From the IMG/VR virus record IMGVR_UViG_3300028591_000172: DNA of 64,000 bases, one strand, 5' to 3'. Numbering within the stretch: the first letter of the stretch is position 1; the number at the start of each line of letters is the position of its first letter. The notes beneath the pieces are model-generated. The model ran no database searches and was not told the DNA's origin. It worked only from the letters and a program-made list of their open reading frames with translations. Shown here in pieces: positions 19,566 through 29,644 of the stretch. Both the position numbers and the translations under genes were made by a program. This stretch comes from an uncultured virus (IMG/VR IMGVR_UViG_3300028591_000172) (Duplodnaviria > Heunggongvirae > Uroviricota > Caudoviricetes).

Positions 19566-19915
19566 AAAAAATATTATTAATCTTACCATTCTTGTTATTA
19601 ACTGGATGCGATAACAAAAAATATGACGACAGCTTTGATCATTTTTGTGATTTCTATGATGATTACCACGTTAGTTATTACATTGAAACCACAACTGACA
19701 ATGATGTGCATGAATTAAGATATGTATCAAAAACACTTATGGGTAAATCAACAATTAAAAGAGATGATTGTAATTTTATTTATGCTAAGTTAGATGTAAC
19801 TTATGTATCTAATGGTGAGTTTTATAAATTAAATTGGCTAGTCGAATATAAATATAACGATGATTACTCTTATGAAAACACAACAGACTATTCTGTTACT
19901 TACGGAGCACTATGA
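19562..19915 (+). CDS. Lipoprotein
   Basis: MKKILLILPFLLLTGC signal peptide with lipobox. Confidence 0.8.
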   Translation: MKKILLILPFLLLTGCDNKKYDDSFDHFCDFYDDYHVSYYIETTTDNDVHELRYVSKTLMGKSTIKRDDCNFIYAKLDVTYVSNGEFYKLNWLVEYKYNDDYSYENTTDYSVTYGAL

Positions 19916-20412
19916 GAACATTAGAAGAAATAAAAAATAATAAACAATTTAAAATATTACAAATTAAACAAATTGATGACCAATTAAGAATCGAAGGATA
20001 CTTCTTTGATCCAGTAACAACCAAAAGATGGTTAGTATTCTTTACATCATCTTACGGATGGGAACACGCATCAGTATCACAAACAAACAAAACACCTACA
20101 TGGGATATAATGTGTCGTGTTAAAGACATATTCTGGAGTGGTGATGAATGCTGTGTTGAATACCATCCTAAAGAAGAAGACTATGTAAACATGCACGAGC
20201 ACTGCCTTCATATTTGGAAACCAATAGATGTAGAACTTCCTACTCCGCCATCGATAATGGTTGGTTTCAAAGGAGTTGATTCTCAAACAATGAAAGCGAT
20301 ATCAAATGCATACATTAATTCATTATCAAATGAAGAAAAGTTTGAACTAGCTAAACAAAAAGGAATGCATGTTGGAAACCGTTCAATGAAAAGAAAGACC
20401 GGTATTAAATAA
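19912..20412 (+). CDS. Conserved phage hypothetical protein
   Basis: GWEHASVS..PTWDIMC.VKD.FW...HxHCLHIW motif. Confidence 0.8.
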   Translation: MRTLEEIKNNKQFKILQIKQIDDQLRIEGYFFDPVTTKRWLVFFTSSYGWEHASVSQTNKTPTWDIMCRVKDIFWSGDECCVEYHPKEEDYVNMHEHCLHIWKPIDVELPTPPSIMVGFKGVDSQTMKAISNAYINSLSNEEKFELAKQKGMHVGNRSMKRKTGIK

Positions 20413-20744
20413 TGGCAAAGAATGAAAATGAAAGAATTAAGTTTCTTAAAGAATTAGAACAAGACACTAATGAAATAACTGTCGCTAAAGTTGTTTATAT
20501 ATTTCGCAGCACATTAAGAATCTTAGATAGCAAAACGCAAACGTTCAAGAATGTTAAAAAGAAACTTGGCGAGGACCAATATATCAGAATGATGGATAGT
20601 CTTATTAACTCGTTCTTGTCTACGTTATATATCAACGCAGGCAAAGATAAAGCTGAACAAAAAGCAAGATTTAAAAAAGTTAATAAAATCAATGAAGACT
20701 TAACAGCTTCAATTGTAGAAGAGGAGAAAATATACGATGCCTAG
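20412..20744 (+). CDS. Hypothetical protein
   Basis: Coupled ORF. Confidence 0.65.
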   Translation: MAKNENERIKFLKELEQDTNEITVAKVVYIFRSTLRILDSKTQTFKNVKKKLGEDQYIRMMDSLINSFLSTLYINAGKDKAEQKARFKKVNKINEDLTASIVEEEKIYDA

Positions 20745-21198
20745 CCACTTTGTAAATGAAGACAATAGAAAACATAAATACACAACACGTGCGTGTACAT
20801 ATCGTATTCAACGTATCACTGAGCCAATGGATAAAGCTGATCGTGAATATCGTTCCATCAGAGAGATGTCATTAGACTTACAGATTAGCGATTATGCCAT
20901 CAGACAATTCGTTAAATCTAGAATAGAGTCACAGTACATTCGCTCTAAACAAACTGGTATATTATACTTATTAAAAAGACCTACTAAGGATGTGGCAATC
21001 ACAGCACGCTGTATTGAATATGAGACAGACGCGCCTGATACACAACAATTCACATCCTTATATCAATTAGTAAAGAGATTTAAAGTATCTTATGAAACCG
21101 TTGCTAATATGAGAGTGATGCAGCCAATCGGGACTGAATGTATCAAACCAATTAACGACGAGTTCAAGAGAAAATATCTCTTAACATTCTATAAATAA
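20737..21198 (+). CDS. Putative DNA-binding protein (two HTH/NUMOD1-like units)
   Basis: YRSIREMSLDLQIS and FTSLYQLVKRFKVS. Confidence 0.5.
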   Translation: MPSHFVNEDNRKHKYTTRACTYRIQRITEPMDKADREYRSIREMSLDLQISDYAIRQFVKSRIESQYIRSKQTGILYLLKRPTKDVAITARCIEYETDAPDTQQFTSLYQLVKRFKVSYETVANMRVMQPIGTECIKPINDEFKRKYLLTFYK

Positions 21199-21199
21199 T

Positions 21200-21385
21200 A
21201 TGGAAAAAAATAGTCATATATTAATATTAACCGCATTCAATACAATAGCGTTTATTATAGAAACCATTGGAAGTCATTTATTCCAAGAGGCAAAAGTGTT
21301 TGCTTACTTTACGGTTTTCATAATGTTAGTAGAAGTAGTGTGGCATTTCCACGGGAGGAAATTAAATGGACGGAGAATCAATTAA
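21200..21385 (+). CDS. Small 2-TM membrane protein
   Basis: Two hydrophobic segments. Confidence 0.6.
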   Translation: MEKNSHILILTAFNTIAFIIETIGSHLFQEAKVFAYFTVFIMLVEVVWHFHGRKLNGRRIN

Positions 21386-21602
21386 GTTTCTAGTTGACAA
21401 CATTTCTAAGCTAAGCGAATTAAATACATTAACAAATTTGTTAGCATTTACAGAAGCAGCAATAGCATCCAAAGTTAAAGTTAATGAAACATCTGAACGC
21501 AATATAACGTTAGAAGAGTTCCTAACATTATTAAAAGGATGGTTAGACTTATCAATTGGCGATTTAGAAAGGGAACTAGAAATAAAACATGGCAACAACT
21601 AA
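21366..21602 (+). CDS. Hypothetical protein
   Basis: GGAGG RBS. Confidence 0.65.
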   Translation: MDGESIKFLVDNISKLSELNTLTNLLAFTEAAIASKVKVNETSERNITLEEFLTLLKGWLDLSIGDLERELEIKHGNN

Positions 21603-21711
21603 GTATGTGACTCTTGAAGAGAGCGAAAGAAATTTCAAAATCTGGAAAAATAACTGGATTTTAAATAAGAAATTAAAGCATAAAAGAAAATGGAGGAGAC
21701 GCAATGGCTAA
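21589..21711 (+). CDS. 40-aa basic protein (not in ORF track)
   Basis: MATTKYVTLEESERNFKIWKNNW...RRNG fills the gap between genes. Confidence 0.5.
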   Translation: MATTKYVTLEESERNFKIWKNNWILNKKLKHKRKWRRRNG

Positions 21712-21734
21712 GATAATTAAACAACAAAATAAAT

Positions 21735-23048
21735 ATGTTACGTGATTATCAGCAACGTGCTTACAATTTAATTAGAAATGTTCTACGTACACATAAAGGT
21801 GTATGTGATGTAGAACCTTGCCGTTCTGGAAAATCATATCTGATTAAAGAGATAGTTGAGAAAGCTTGTTTGAAAGGATCTAAAGTTTTAGTCCTAGCAC
21901 ACAGACATCTATTAATTAATCAGCATAAAAAGATTATCCAGAACTGTAGAATCGAGTCAGTCTTCACAGAAGTAAACCACTTAGGTGAACATGGACCAGT
22001 TGATCTAATTATTATTGATGAAGCACACCTATCCGAAGCTGCGTCGTATAAAAAAGTCTGTGAATATTATAACTGTAAAAGAATTTTGTTCACAGCTACA
22101 GCCAAAAGATTAGACAATAAACCACTCACACTATGCGATATTATAATTAATGGTATAAGTGGTGACGAATTAATCGAACTAGGATATGTTTCCCGTTACG
22201 AATTATACGCACCTAAACTTAACATTAATCTTGATAATGTTAGCATGAGTGGCAGTGACTTCAACAACCAAGAGGTCTCAGAAGTTATGCTTGATAAAAA
22301 AATCTATGGCGATATCATTAAATATTATCACGAATTAGCTGACGGAAAACAATCGATCGCATATTGTTGTAACGTTAAACATAGCCAATCAATATGTGAA
22401 CTATTTAATAGCAATGGCATTCCAGCAGTCCACATGGATGCGTCTACTCCAGAAAAACAAAGAGAAGAGATAATGTCAGATTACCAAAACGGTAAATACA
22501 AAATCCTTTGTAACTGTAATTTAGTTAGCGAAGGTATTACTCTTCCCGAATGTGAATGCTGTATGTTATTAAGACCAACTCAATCAGAAACATTATACAT
22601 TCAACAAGCTTGTAGATGTCTGACTCCTGCTCCAGGAAAAGTCGCTATCATTATAGACTTTGTCGGTAACTGTTATGCTCACGGAACTCCTACAGAGAAA
22701 CGTGAATACTCATTAACAGATACAAGAAAGCGTATAAGAAATAGTAGCAGAGAACCAGAAGTCACTGCTCGTGAATGTAAATTCTGCTTCAGAGTTTATA
22801 AAGGGACTGACCGTATCTGTCCATATTGTGGAGAAGATAACGGTAAGACTCACCAAGAAATTGAAGCGGATGAAAAAGCCGAGCTAGAAAGAGTTGAAGC
22901 AATTGAAAAAAAGAAAGCTCGGATGCAGGTTGGAATGTGTAAAGACTACGGAGCACTAGTCCAACTTGCCATCGAACGTGGATATAAGAATCCTAGCTGG
23001 TGGGCTAGGAAAGTCTTAGATTCAAGAAAGAAAAAAAATAATGGTTAA
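21735..23048 (+). CDS. SF2 (DEAH) helicase with C-terminal Zn finger
   Basis: PCRSGKS, DEAH, TAT, SEG, QQACRCL; CxxC..CxxC. Confidence 0.92.
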   Translation: MLRDYQQRAYNLIRNVLRTHKGVCDVEPCRSGKSYLIKEIVEKACLKGSKVLVLAHRHLLINQHKKIIQNCRIESVFTEVNHLGEHGPVDLIIIDEAHLSEAASYKKVCEYYNCKRILFTATAKRLDNKPLTLCDIIINGISGDELIELGYVSRYELYAPKLNINLDNVSMSGSDFNNQEVSEVMLDKKIYGDIIKYYHELADGKQSIAYCCNVKHSQSICELFNSNGIPAVHMDASTPEKQREEIMSDYQNGKYKILCNCNLVSEGITLPECECCMLLRPTQSETLYIQQACRCLTPAPGKVAIIIDFVGNCYAHGTPTEKREYSLTDTRKRIRNSSREPEVTARECKFCFRVYKGTDRICPYCGEDNGKTHQEIEADEKAELERVEAIEKKKARMQVGMCKDYGALVQLAIERGYKNPSWWARKVLDSRKKKNNG

Positions 23049-23379
23049 TTACGAATTAGAACACGACGTCCAGAACAAGATTAGAATCTGGTGTGGTGAA
23101 CATAACTGGCTAGCCTTTCGTGCCAATGTAGGTAGCGGTTACACACCTGATGGAAGACGGTTTACAACAGGACTTCCTGAAGGATTCCCGGACTTAATTG
23201 TTCTAACTAATCACGGCAGAACGATATATGTAGAATGTAAGACTAAGGTAGGACGAGCCCGTGAAGCTCAGAAAAAACTCCATAAAGAAATGAGAGATAG
23301 AGGTCACGTTGTTCTGATACCTAGAAGTCTTGAACAATTTATCGAAGAGATAACATCATACATTAATGAGGAGAATTAA
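23041..23379 (+). CDS. VRR-NUC domain nuclease
   Basis: E..Q, GFPDL, YVECK..G....Q. Confidence 0.9.
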   Translation: MVNYELEHDVQNKIRIWCGEHNWLAFRANVGSGYTPDGRRFTTGLPEGFPDLIVLTNHGRTIYVECKTKVGRAREAQKKLHKEMRDRGHVVLIPRSLEQFIEEITSYINEEN

Positions 23380-23381
23380 CT

Positions 23382-23597
23382 ATGATTAAAGATGAAATCG
23401 TTGAAAAATACGGATCCATCAATAACTTCTTAGCACAAAAAGTTAAAGAGTTTAATGGAGAATTGCCAATTGCTAGAGAGCATATCTATAAATTGATTAA
23501 TCACGAGGTTCCAAATCCTGGAATTAAATCGTTAAATATACTAGCTGACTTAGTTGGCATTCCAAGAGAAAAAGTTTATAAAGAATATTCAGAATAA
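23382..23597 (+). CDS. XRE-type HTH protein
   Basis: IYKLIN..PNPGIKSLNILADLVGI. Confidence 0.7.
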   Translation: MIKDEIVEKYGSINNFLAQKVKEFNGELPIAREHIYKLINHEVPNPGIKSLNILADLVGIPREKVYKEYSE

Positions 23598-23611
23598 AAG
23601 GAGACATTCAT

Positions 23612-24550
23612 ATGTCAAAAGACATTAACAGGTATTCCTATTCCAGGTTAGACTGTTTCAAGACCTGCCCAAGGAAACACCACTACTTATATGTAGAGCA
23701 ACTACCTGAACCTGATAACGAATATACATTAAAAGGTTCGTTGTTCCACAAAGCTGTCGAAACAATCCTTAAAGGCGAGGATGTTGAGCCAGTTTATAAC
23801 GAATGGAAAGACGCTGTGGATACTGGATTGATCCACGCTGAAAGAGATTTGTTAGAATATATAATTAATATGTATTTCTCTTACTACTATAAAAAGTATG
23901 AAGAAGAAAATACAATTGCTGTCGAACAAGACTTTGAAAAACCTTTGGAAAACGATGACTATTTCGTAGGAAAGATTGACCAAATCTATGAACGAAATGA
24001 AATGGTAATCGTTAGAGATTTAAAAACAACTAGCAGTGCGTTGAAATATAACTACGACGTCGTAAAGGACAACATGCAGTTGCTCACATACGTAGAACCT
24101 GCCGAACAACTTCTTGGTAGAAAAGTAGACGCAATCGAAATTGACGAGGTCAGATTAGCTAAGCTTGACACACAGGTGCCACTAATTAAAAACGGCAAAC
24201 CAAGTAAGTCATTAGACACTCTTCAATTAACTACTGCTGAACTATACAGACAAGAACTAGAAGAGCAAAATCTTTTAGAAGATGCGGGATATGCTGCGGT
24301 TTTAGCATTATTAGAACAACGTGGCCATCCATTATTTAACCGTGTATTGGTTCAATTATCAAATAGAAATTTACTAGACAACAACGACGAAGAGATTGCT
24401 GATCTCTATCTTGGTGCTGCCTTAGATATTAAGTATAGAATCAAGGATCCAACTAAATGTTTCTTGTGCCCATTCAGAAATATCTGTGAGCACGATGAGT
24501 ATGGAGCTGGTGACATCCTCAGACAAAAATTAATTCAAAACAACCAGTAA
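23612..24550 (+). CDS. PD-(D/E)XK Cas4/RecB-like exonuclease
   Basis: SYS...CPR, GSLFH, GKIDQ, DLKT, QLLTY, CFLCPF...C. Confidence 0.88.
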   Translation: MSKDINRYSYSRLDCFKTCPRKHHYLYVEQLPEPDNEYTLKGSLFHKAVETILKGEDVEPVYNEWKDAVDTGLIHAERDLLEYIINMYFSYYYKKYEEENTIAVEQDFEKPLENDDYFVGKIDQIYERNEMVIVRDLKTTSSALKYNYDVVKDNMQLLTYVEPAEQLLGRKVDAIEIDEVRLAKLDTQVPLIKNGKPSKSLDTLQLTTAELYRQELEEQNLLEDAGYAAVLALLEQRGHPLFNRVLVQLSNRNLLDNNDEEIADLYLGAALDIKYRIKDPTKCFLCPFRNICEHDEYGAGDILRQKLIQNNQ

Positions 24551-24555
24551 AACTA

Positions 24556-24584
24556 TTGCTTTAATGTAATAAATAAGTTATAAT
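24556..24584 (+). promoter_or_regulatory. Sigma70-type promoter
   Basis: TTGCTT-17-TATAAT, then hairpin GATAGG-GATA-CCTATC before the ssb RBS. Confidence 0.7.
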
Positions 24585-24628
24585 AAATAGTAGATAGGGA
24601 TACCTATCAAGTTACAAGGAGGATTTAT

Positions 24629-25066
24629 ATGAACAATGTAACACTTATTGGAAACCTCTGTAGAGACTTCGAGATGAGACAGACTCAATCAGGGACATCT
24701 ATCGCCTCCAACACAATTGCTGTAAAGCGTGATAGAAAAGAAGCAGATGGAAGCTACGCATCAGATTTCTTCGATGTTTATTGCTTCGGAACACAAGCAG
24801 ACTATGCTATCAAATGGTTAAGAAAAGGTGACAAAGTTTGTATTGCTGGTAGCGTCCACATTCGTGACTTCACAATGAAGAACGGAGCAAAAGGTAGAGC
24901 AGTTGAAGTGTCCGTCACATCAATTGAAAATCTTTCTTACAAAGAAGACGCCAACCAACCAACAGAGCAACCTGCTCAACAAGAACAACCATCATCAGAT
25001 GAACCGCAACCACAAGGTGAAAACTTAAACGATGTAGACTTATCAGATGATGATCTCCCATTCTAG
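24629..25066 (+). CDS. ssb: Single-stranded DNA-binding protein
   Basis: MNNVTLIGNL...; acidic DDLPF tail. Confidence 0.95.
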   Translation: MNNVTLIGNLCRDFEMRQTQSGTSIASNTIAVKRDRKEADGSYASDFFDVYCFGTQADYAIKWLRKGDKVCIAGSVHIRDFTMKNGAKGRAVEVSVTSIENLSYKEDANQPTEQPAQQEQPSSDEPQPQGENLNDVDLSDDDLPF

Positions 25067-25077
25067 AGGTGATTAAT

Positions 25078-25857
25078 ATGTGCGCAACATTAGATAAAGA
25101 TATCAAAGAAATGAATATCTTTGAGAAGCTCAGTGCTATCTCATTAGAAATCACCAACGTTAATAAAAACTTAAGCGTCGGTGTTGGCAGTTCATCATAC
25201 AAAGCTGTCGGTGAAGCTGATGTATTAGCAGCAGTCAAACCAGCAGAAGCTAAATACAGAGTATACTCCTATCCAGTTAGTAGAAAAGTAATTGATACAG
25301 GAGTAATTGAATCAACAAATTACAAAGGCGAAGGAAAAAAGAGCTTGTTCGTTCGTATCGAAATTATCTATAGATTCGTCAACATGGACAAACCAGACGA
25401 ATACATTGACATCGTATCCTATGGTGATGGTGTTGATCCACAAGATAAAACAGTCGGTAAGGCAATGACATACGGTGATAAATACGCATTGCTTAAAGCT
25501 TATAAGATTATCACTGGTGAAGATCCTGACCAAGATGCTAGCGAACCACTAAACACAGCTCCAAGAGGCAGAGGTTCAAATAAACCAACTGCTACAGCAC
25601 CAGCACCTGCTGCTCCTGCTAAAAAGGGAGTGTCTCCTGAATTAGTTAAAGAGTTAGAAACCTTCGGTGTTAAACTTGAAGACATCGCTGCTAAGAAAAA
25701 GATGAGAGTCGAAGACTTAACAGACGACATCGTTAAACCAGGATTAATTATCTTGAGAAAACGTAAAGAAAAAGAAATCCCTCAAGGTGGTAATACTACA
25801 AGCAATGGACCAGAGGGAGCAGTAAACACAAACACAACTCCTGAAGAAACAAAGTAA
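25078..25857 (+). CDS. ERF-family ssDNA annealing protein
   Basis: GDGVDPQDK..GKAMTYGDKYALLKAY.I..GEDPD. Confidence 0.85.
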   Translation: MCATLDKDIKEMNIFEKLSAISLEITNVNKNLSVGVGSSSYKAVGEADVLAAVKPAEAKYRVYSYPVSRKVIDTGVIESTNYKGEGKKSLFVRIEIIYRFVNMDKPDEYIDIVSYGDGVDPQDKTVGKAMTYGDKYALLKAYKIITGEDPDQDASEPLNTAPRGRGSNKPTATAPAPAAPAKKGVSPELVKELETFGVKLEDIAAKKKMRVEDLTDDIVKPGLIILRKRKEKEIPQGGNTTSNGPEGAVNTNTTPEETK

Positions 25858-25868
25858 GGAGTCATTAA

Positions 25869-27812
25869 ATGAAGTTAGCTGAATTCAATAGGATAGTTAA
25901 TCCTAATGATGAAGCTTGCTACATTATAAAAACTTCCACAGATACAATAGATAGAGCCAAGTTCGCAGACATCAAATCTATACTGCGTTCAAGAAATGAT
26001 GTCTCACTTGGTATGTATGTCCCTAAAGGACTAATCGTTATAGAAATGACAGATGAATGCGTTGTTAATGCCATCATTCAACGCAAAGAGCAATTGATGA
26101 TAGTCAAAAAGGGAGACAAGTATTATATTTACGCAATGAGTTCCTTTGATAAAGTGACCATAAATAATATGCTTGCCTGTGGAGTTAATGCGAATACATT
26201 AGTGCACACGAAGAAAGGAACAGAAATCCTTCTTCCATTCCATTCACCAACAAACGTGCTTCCTAAATATAGTGATGTAGAAATTATACACTCTAATGGA
26301 ATAGGACCACTTCCAACCTGGTTGACACCGTTAAGACGAGGATCATCCAGTTCAGAAGACGGATTCCAATTCCCAATTAGAGAAAACGCATCAAGATTAT
26401 TAATGAACCACGTTATCAACATAGCAAGCTTCAATAGGGACCAGCAAGTTGAGCTATTAAAACTCATGAATAAATACTTGGTCGTCCCATCCCTAGATGA
26501 GCAAACAATTACGGGATTATGTGAATCAATTGCCGACACATTCTTATCAGAATTTATGAACAAGAGTGAATTCTTTCACGACAAGTTCGGTGACTATGTC
26601 ATTAAAGCATGTCACGTTAAGAAAGATAAGAAGAGTCACCATCTATACTTCTATGACGATAAAAATAATATCTATACAGATGATCCTAATTTCCTAAGAG
26701 GATACATCACAAAGCTTTGTCCTAGACTGAAGCAGTATCAGAAGGACGAAGCAATTAAATACATCCAAGATTACTTAGAAACAGAAACGGTTGAGTTTAA
26801 TTCTAATCCATTCAACGTTGTATTCAAGAACGGAATCTTACACTTAGACACATTAGAATTCGAGCCGATGTCACCTGACCATTTGGAAACAATTCGTATT
26901 AATGCGAACTATGATCCAAATGCTCATTCAGATACGGCTGATGAATTCTTCCATAATGTCACGTGTGGAGATATAGCAACTCAAACGTTACTCTTCGAGT
27001 CAATTGGCTACGCAATGTTAAAAATCGTAGAACTTGCTAAATCATTTATGTTAACTGGTAGTGGAAGAAATGGTAAATCCACATTCTTCGACCTCATCAC
27101 CGCCATACTTGGAGAAGAAAATTGCACCTCGCTTGCTCCAGAAGACTTAACAAATAACTTCAGAGCGAGCACACTGGTAGGCAAGCTTGCTTCTCTTGCG
27201 GCAGATATCTCAGGTAAACCGTTAACAGAAACTAGCAAGATTAAAAACATTGCTGCTGGCGATAGAATTCAAGTAGAAAGAAAATACTTCGACGCATATG
27301 ATGACCGAGTATTTGCTACATTATTCTTCGCCTGTAACAAATTACCAAAAACACCAGACACATCTGATGGTTTCTACCGTCGTTGGGTTATCATTCCATT
27401 CAATGCAGACCTAACTAAGGTGAAACAAGTTGAAGGTATCATGTTCAAAAAGAAACTCTTAAGTCAAGAGAGCATAGACTATATCGCTTATAAATCAGTC
27501 CATGCCATCTACAGAGTTCTTAATGAAACAATGGAATTCACTCAACCTAGTAGTGTCACAGCTATGCTTAACAATTATAGGATTAATAACTCTTCAGTCT
27601 TATCCTGGTTCAAAGAAGTATTTGTTAACAACAAAACTAATCCAACAGATGAAGAGAGAAGAGAAGGCATTGCCAGGATCCAAAATATGATGTTAGGCCA
27701 AGCGTATACAAACTACACAGAATGGTGTCAAGAAACCAATAAACAAAAATTCTCAAGACCGAGCTTCGAAGAAGAACTTAAGAACTACTTCGGTATCACT
27801 TGGGAGGATTAA
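25869..27812 (+). CDS. Primase-helicase with D5-like SF3 helicase
   Basis: FKNG, GSGRNGKST, FACN.LP...D.SDGFYRR. Confidence 0.9.
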   Translation: MKLAEFNRIVNPNDEACYIIKTSTDTIDRAKFADIKSILRSRNDVSLGMYVPKGLIVIEMTDECVVNAIIQRKEQLMIVKKGDKYYIYAMSSFDKVTINNMLACGVNANTLVHTKKGTEILLPFHSPTNVLPKYSDVEIIHSNGIGPLPTWLTPLRRGSSSSEDGFQFPIRENASRLLMNHVINIASFNRDQQVELLKLMNKYLVVPSLDEQTITGLCESIADTFLSEFMNKSEFFHDKFGDYVIKACHVKKDKKSHHLYFYDDKNNIYTDDPNFLRGYITKLCPRLKQYQKDEAIKYIQDYLETETVEFNSNPFNVVFKNGILHLDTLEFEPMSPDHLETIRINANYDPNAHSDTADEFFHNVTCGDIATQTLLFESIGYAMLKIVELAKSFMLTGSGRNGKSTFFDLITAILGEENCTSLAPEDLTNNFRASTLVGKLASLAADISGKPLTETSKIKNIAAGDRIQVERKYFDAYDDRVFATLFFACNKLPKTPDTSDGFYRRWVIIPFNADLTKVKQVEGIMFKKKLLSQESIDYIAYKSVHAIYRVLNETMEFTQPSSVTAMLNNYRINNSSVLSWFKEVFVNNKTNPTDEERREGIARIQNMMLGQAYTNYTEWCQETNKQKFSRPSFEEELKNYFGITWED

Positions 27813-27888
27813 CAAGGGTGGAACAGGCACATCCACTGATGTATCGTCTGTCATTGATACAGGGCTAGAGCAATCTGGCCCGCAAACT

Positions 27889-28028
27889 GGGCAGGTTCAG
27901 AACGACTACGTATCTAACTTTTCCTCCTTGTTAAAATCCATATTAATAAGGTTTCATATAATTATCCCAATCTGAATAAATTTCCAATAATAAATAGTCT
28001 CTCGGTGCGACTCCGAGACTGCCCACCA
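27889..28028 (+). ncRNA. tRNA/tmRNA-like RNA with a large central insert
   Basis: GGGCAG/CTGCCC acceptor stem, ACCA end, T-arm CTCGG-TGCGACT-CCGAG, GACTA/TAGTC helix. Confidence 0.6.
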
Positions 28029-28042
28029 ACAGGAGGAATAAT

Positions 28043-28402
28043 ATGAAAAAACTAAAAATCATGGAAATAAACGTGCTAGGGACTAAATACAAAATATATG
28101 TATCTACTCCTGACCAAGACGAAAAACTAAAAACATGCGATGGTTACATTATTCCAGAAGCAAAGATGATTATTCTCGATAGAAACAATAAGTCAATACA
28201 TCAAGAACACGTGTTGACTCACGAAATAACACACGCATTCTTATATGAATCTGGACTAGATGTAGAGACATGGGCCAACAACGAAGAGATTGTTGACTGG
28301 ATCGCGCTCCAATTAAATAAAATGTTTAAGACAACTAATGAGTCTTTAAAAAAACTTAAACCTTATTACACTAAACCAAAGGAGGCTGAACAAAATGGTT
28401 GA
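28043..28402 (+). CDS. HExxH metallopeptidase-like protein
   Basis: VLTHEITHAF...EEIVD. Confidence 0.75.
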   Translation: MKKLKIMEINVLGTKYKIYVSTPDQDEKLKTCDGYIIPEAKMIILDRNNKSIHQEHVLTHEITHAFLYESGLDVETWANNEEIVDWIALQLNKMFKTTNESLKKLKPYYTKPKEAEQNG

Positions 28403-28667
28403 ACAAAAACAAAGAAGTTTTCAAATCAGTATTAATGATGTTGATAAACTGTTTGAAGATCTAGCAAAGTATGATATCTTTCCAGAAAATATTGAAGATG
28501 GATTTGAATTCTCAATCCAATACGAAAATTACATCTACAAAATCGAAATTAACGTCATGGAAAAATTCACACCAGATGAAAGAGCGTTCATGATAACTAG
28601 ATATCCAATCATTAAAACATTCGCCGACATCCAAATGAGACTCTTCGGAAAAGTAGAATGGAAATAA
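28395..28667 (+). CDS. Hypothetical protein
   Basis: AAGGAGG RBS. Confidence 0.65.
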   Translation: MVEQKQRSFQISINDVDKLFEDLAKYDIFPENIEDGFEFSIQYENYIYKIEINVMEKFTPDERAFMITRYPIIKTFADIQMRLFGKVEWK

Positions 28668-28670
28668 AAT

Positions 28671-28697
28671 AAAAGACCTGCGATTTGCAGGCTTTTT
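28671..28697. terminator. Bidirectional terminator
   Basis: CCTGC-GATTT-GCAGG flanked by A and T tracts, between convergent genes. Confidence 0.75.
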
Positions 28698-28956
28698 AAT
28701 TGTCTAATTCACCATCATCAATATAGAACGCAAGGTAAGACATCGTATTGATCATTGCTTGGAATGTATAAACTCCAACCTTTCCTTTAATGTGTTTATG
28801 TTTCTCATACCATTCAGGAAAGTTTTTGTTTTTCCTACCAAAATTTAACTGTTCACCTTTATATATGAATACGTTAAACAAGAACGATTTCATTGCTTCT
28901 TCTAATGTCATATCAGTCATCCTCATAATTGTTAATTCCCTCATACTTAAGGACAT
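28696..28956 (-). CDS. Hypothetical protein
   Basis: ORF in a short minus-strand operon; start uncertain. Confidence 0.55.
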   Translation of the reverse strand: MSLSMRELTIMRMTDMTLEEAMKSFLFNVFIYKGEQLNFGRKNKNFPEWYEKHKHIKGKVGVYTFQAMINTMSYLAFYIDDGELDN

Positions 28957-29644
28957 ATGGTAATCCAGTATCTGGATTTATCTCCGTGGAAACAGGTTCA
29001 ATTGCCTGGCCAGTCTCTTCGTTAATAACTTCATGACCGACTGCAGCATTCACCTCTTCAGGAGTAAGTTCGATGATGACAGGTTCTTCTTTTTTAGGAG
29101 ACTCAGCACCACGGACATTAACGTTGTCAACGTGGATGTTAAATCTAACAGCACCAACTGGTTCATCATCTTTCTTCTCTGTTTGCTTAGAATAGAATTC
29201 AGATTTATCAAGAATAATCTTAGCACAGGATGCGGCGAGAGCTTGATCCGATGTATTCGTCATGATGAATTTTAATTTCTCCAACGCCATATCACGGGCA
29301 CTGGAAATTTCAGCAGCGAATTTACGATCCTTAGCAACAGAGAGTTCGTTGATGGTTTCGACGACGTCAGGATTAGACATGATACGATTAGCGACAGCAC
29401 CTGGAGATTTAGTTCCTGGGACAATCGCACGAACAGCTTGTTCACCTGTGTATCCTCCAAAACATACAAGCTCAACGAAGAGTTTCTCTCTATCAGAAAG
29501 CAAATTATATTTTGAAGACTTAAGCTTACCTTGTCTCATCGCCTCCATCAATTCTTCTTTCGTTTGAATGATCATCGGCGTGAACTTTCTAAGTCCTAAC
29601 ATCTTACTGGAATTGACTGTATCTGGTTGGTTTTGGTCCGACAT
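28913..29644 (-). CDS. Terminase small subunit-like protein
   Basis: LSDREKLFVE...QAVRA...ANRIMSNPDV..INEL, a TerS-type HTH; ACAKIILD. Confidence 0.65.
   Translation of the reverse strand: MSDQNQPDTVNSSKMLGLRKFTPMIIQTKEELMEAMRQGKLKSSKYNLLSDREKLFVELVCFGGYTGEQAVRAIVPGTKSPGAVANRIMSNPDVVETINELSVAKDRKFAAEISSARDMALEKLKFIMTNTSDQALAASCAKIILDKSEFYSKQTEKKDDEPVGAVRFNIHVDNVNVRGAESPKKEEPVIIELTPEEVNAAVGHEVINEETGQAIEPVSTEINPDTGLPYVLKYEGINNYEDD

Noticed and set aside
23612..24550. CRISPR-Cas link of the Cas4-like nuclease
   Set aside because: No repeat-spacer array seen; context is the SSB/ERF recombination module
27889..28028. Canonical tmRNA or ordinary tRNA
   Set aside because: No G3-U70, tag ORF or anticodon arm; kept only as a tRNA-like RNA
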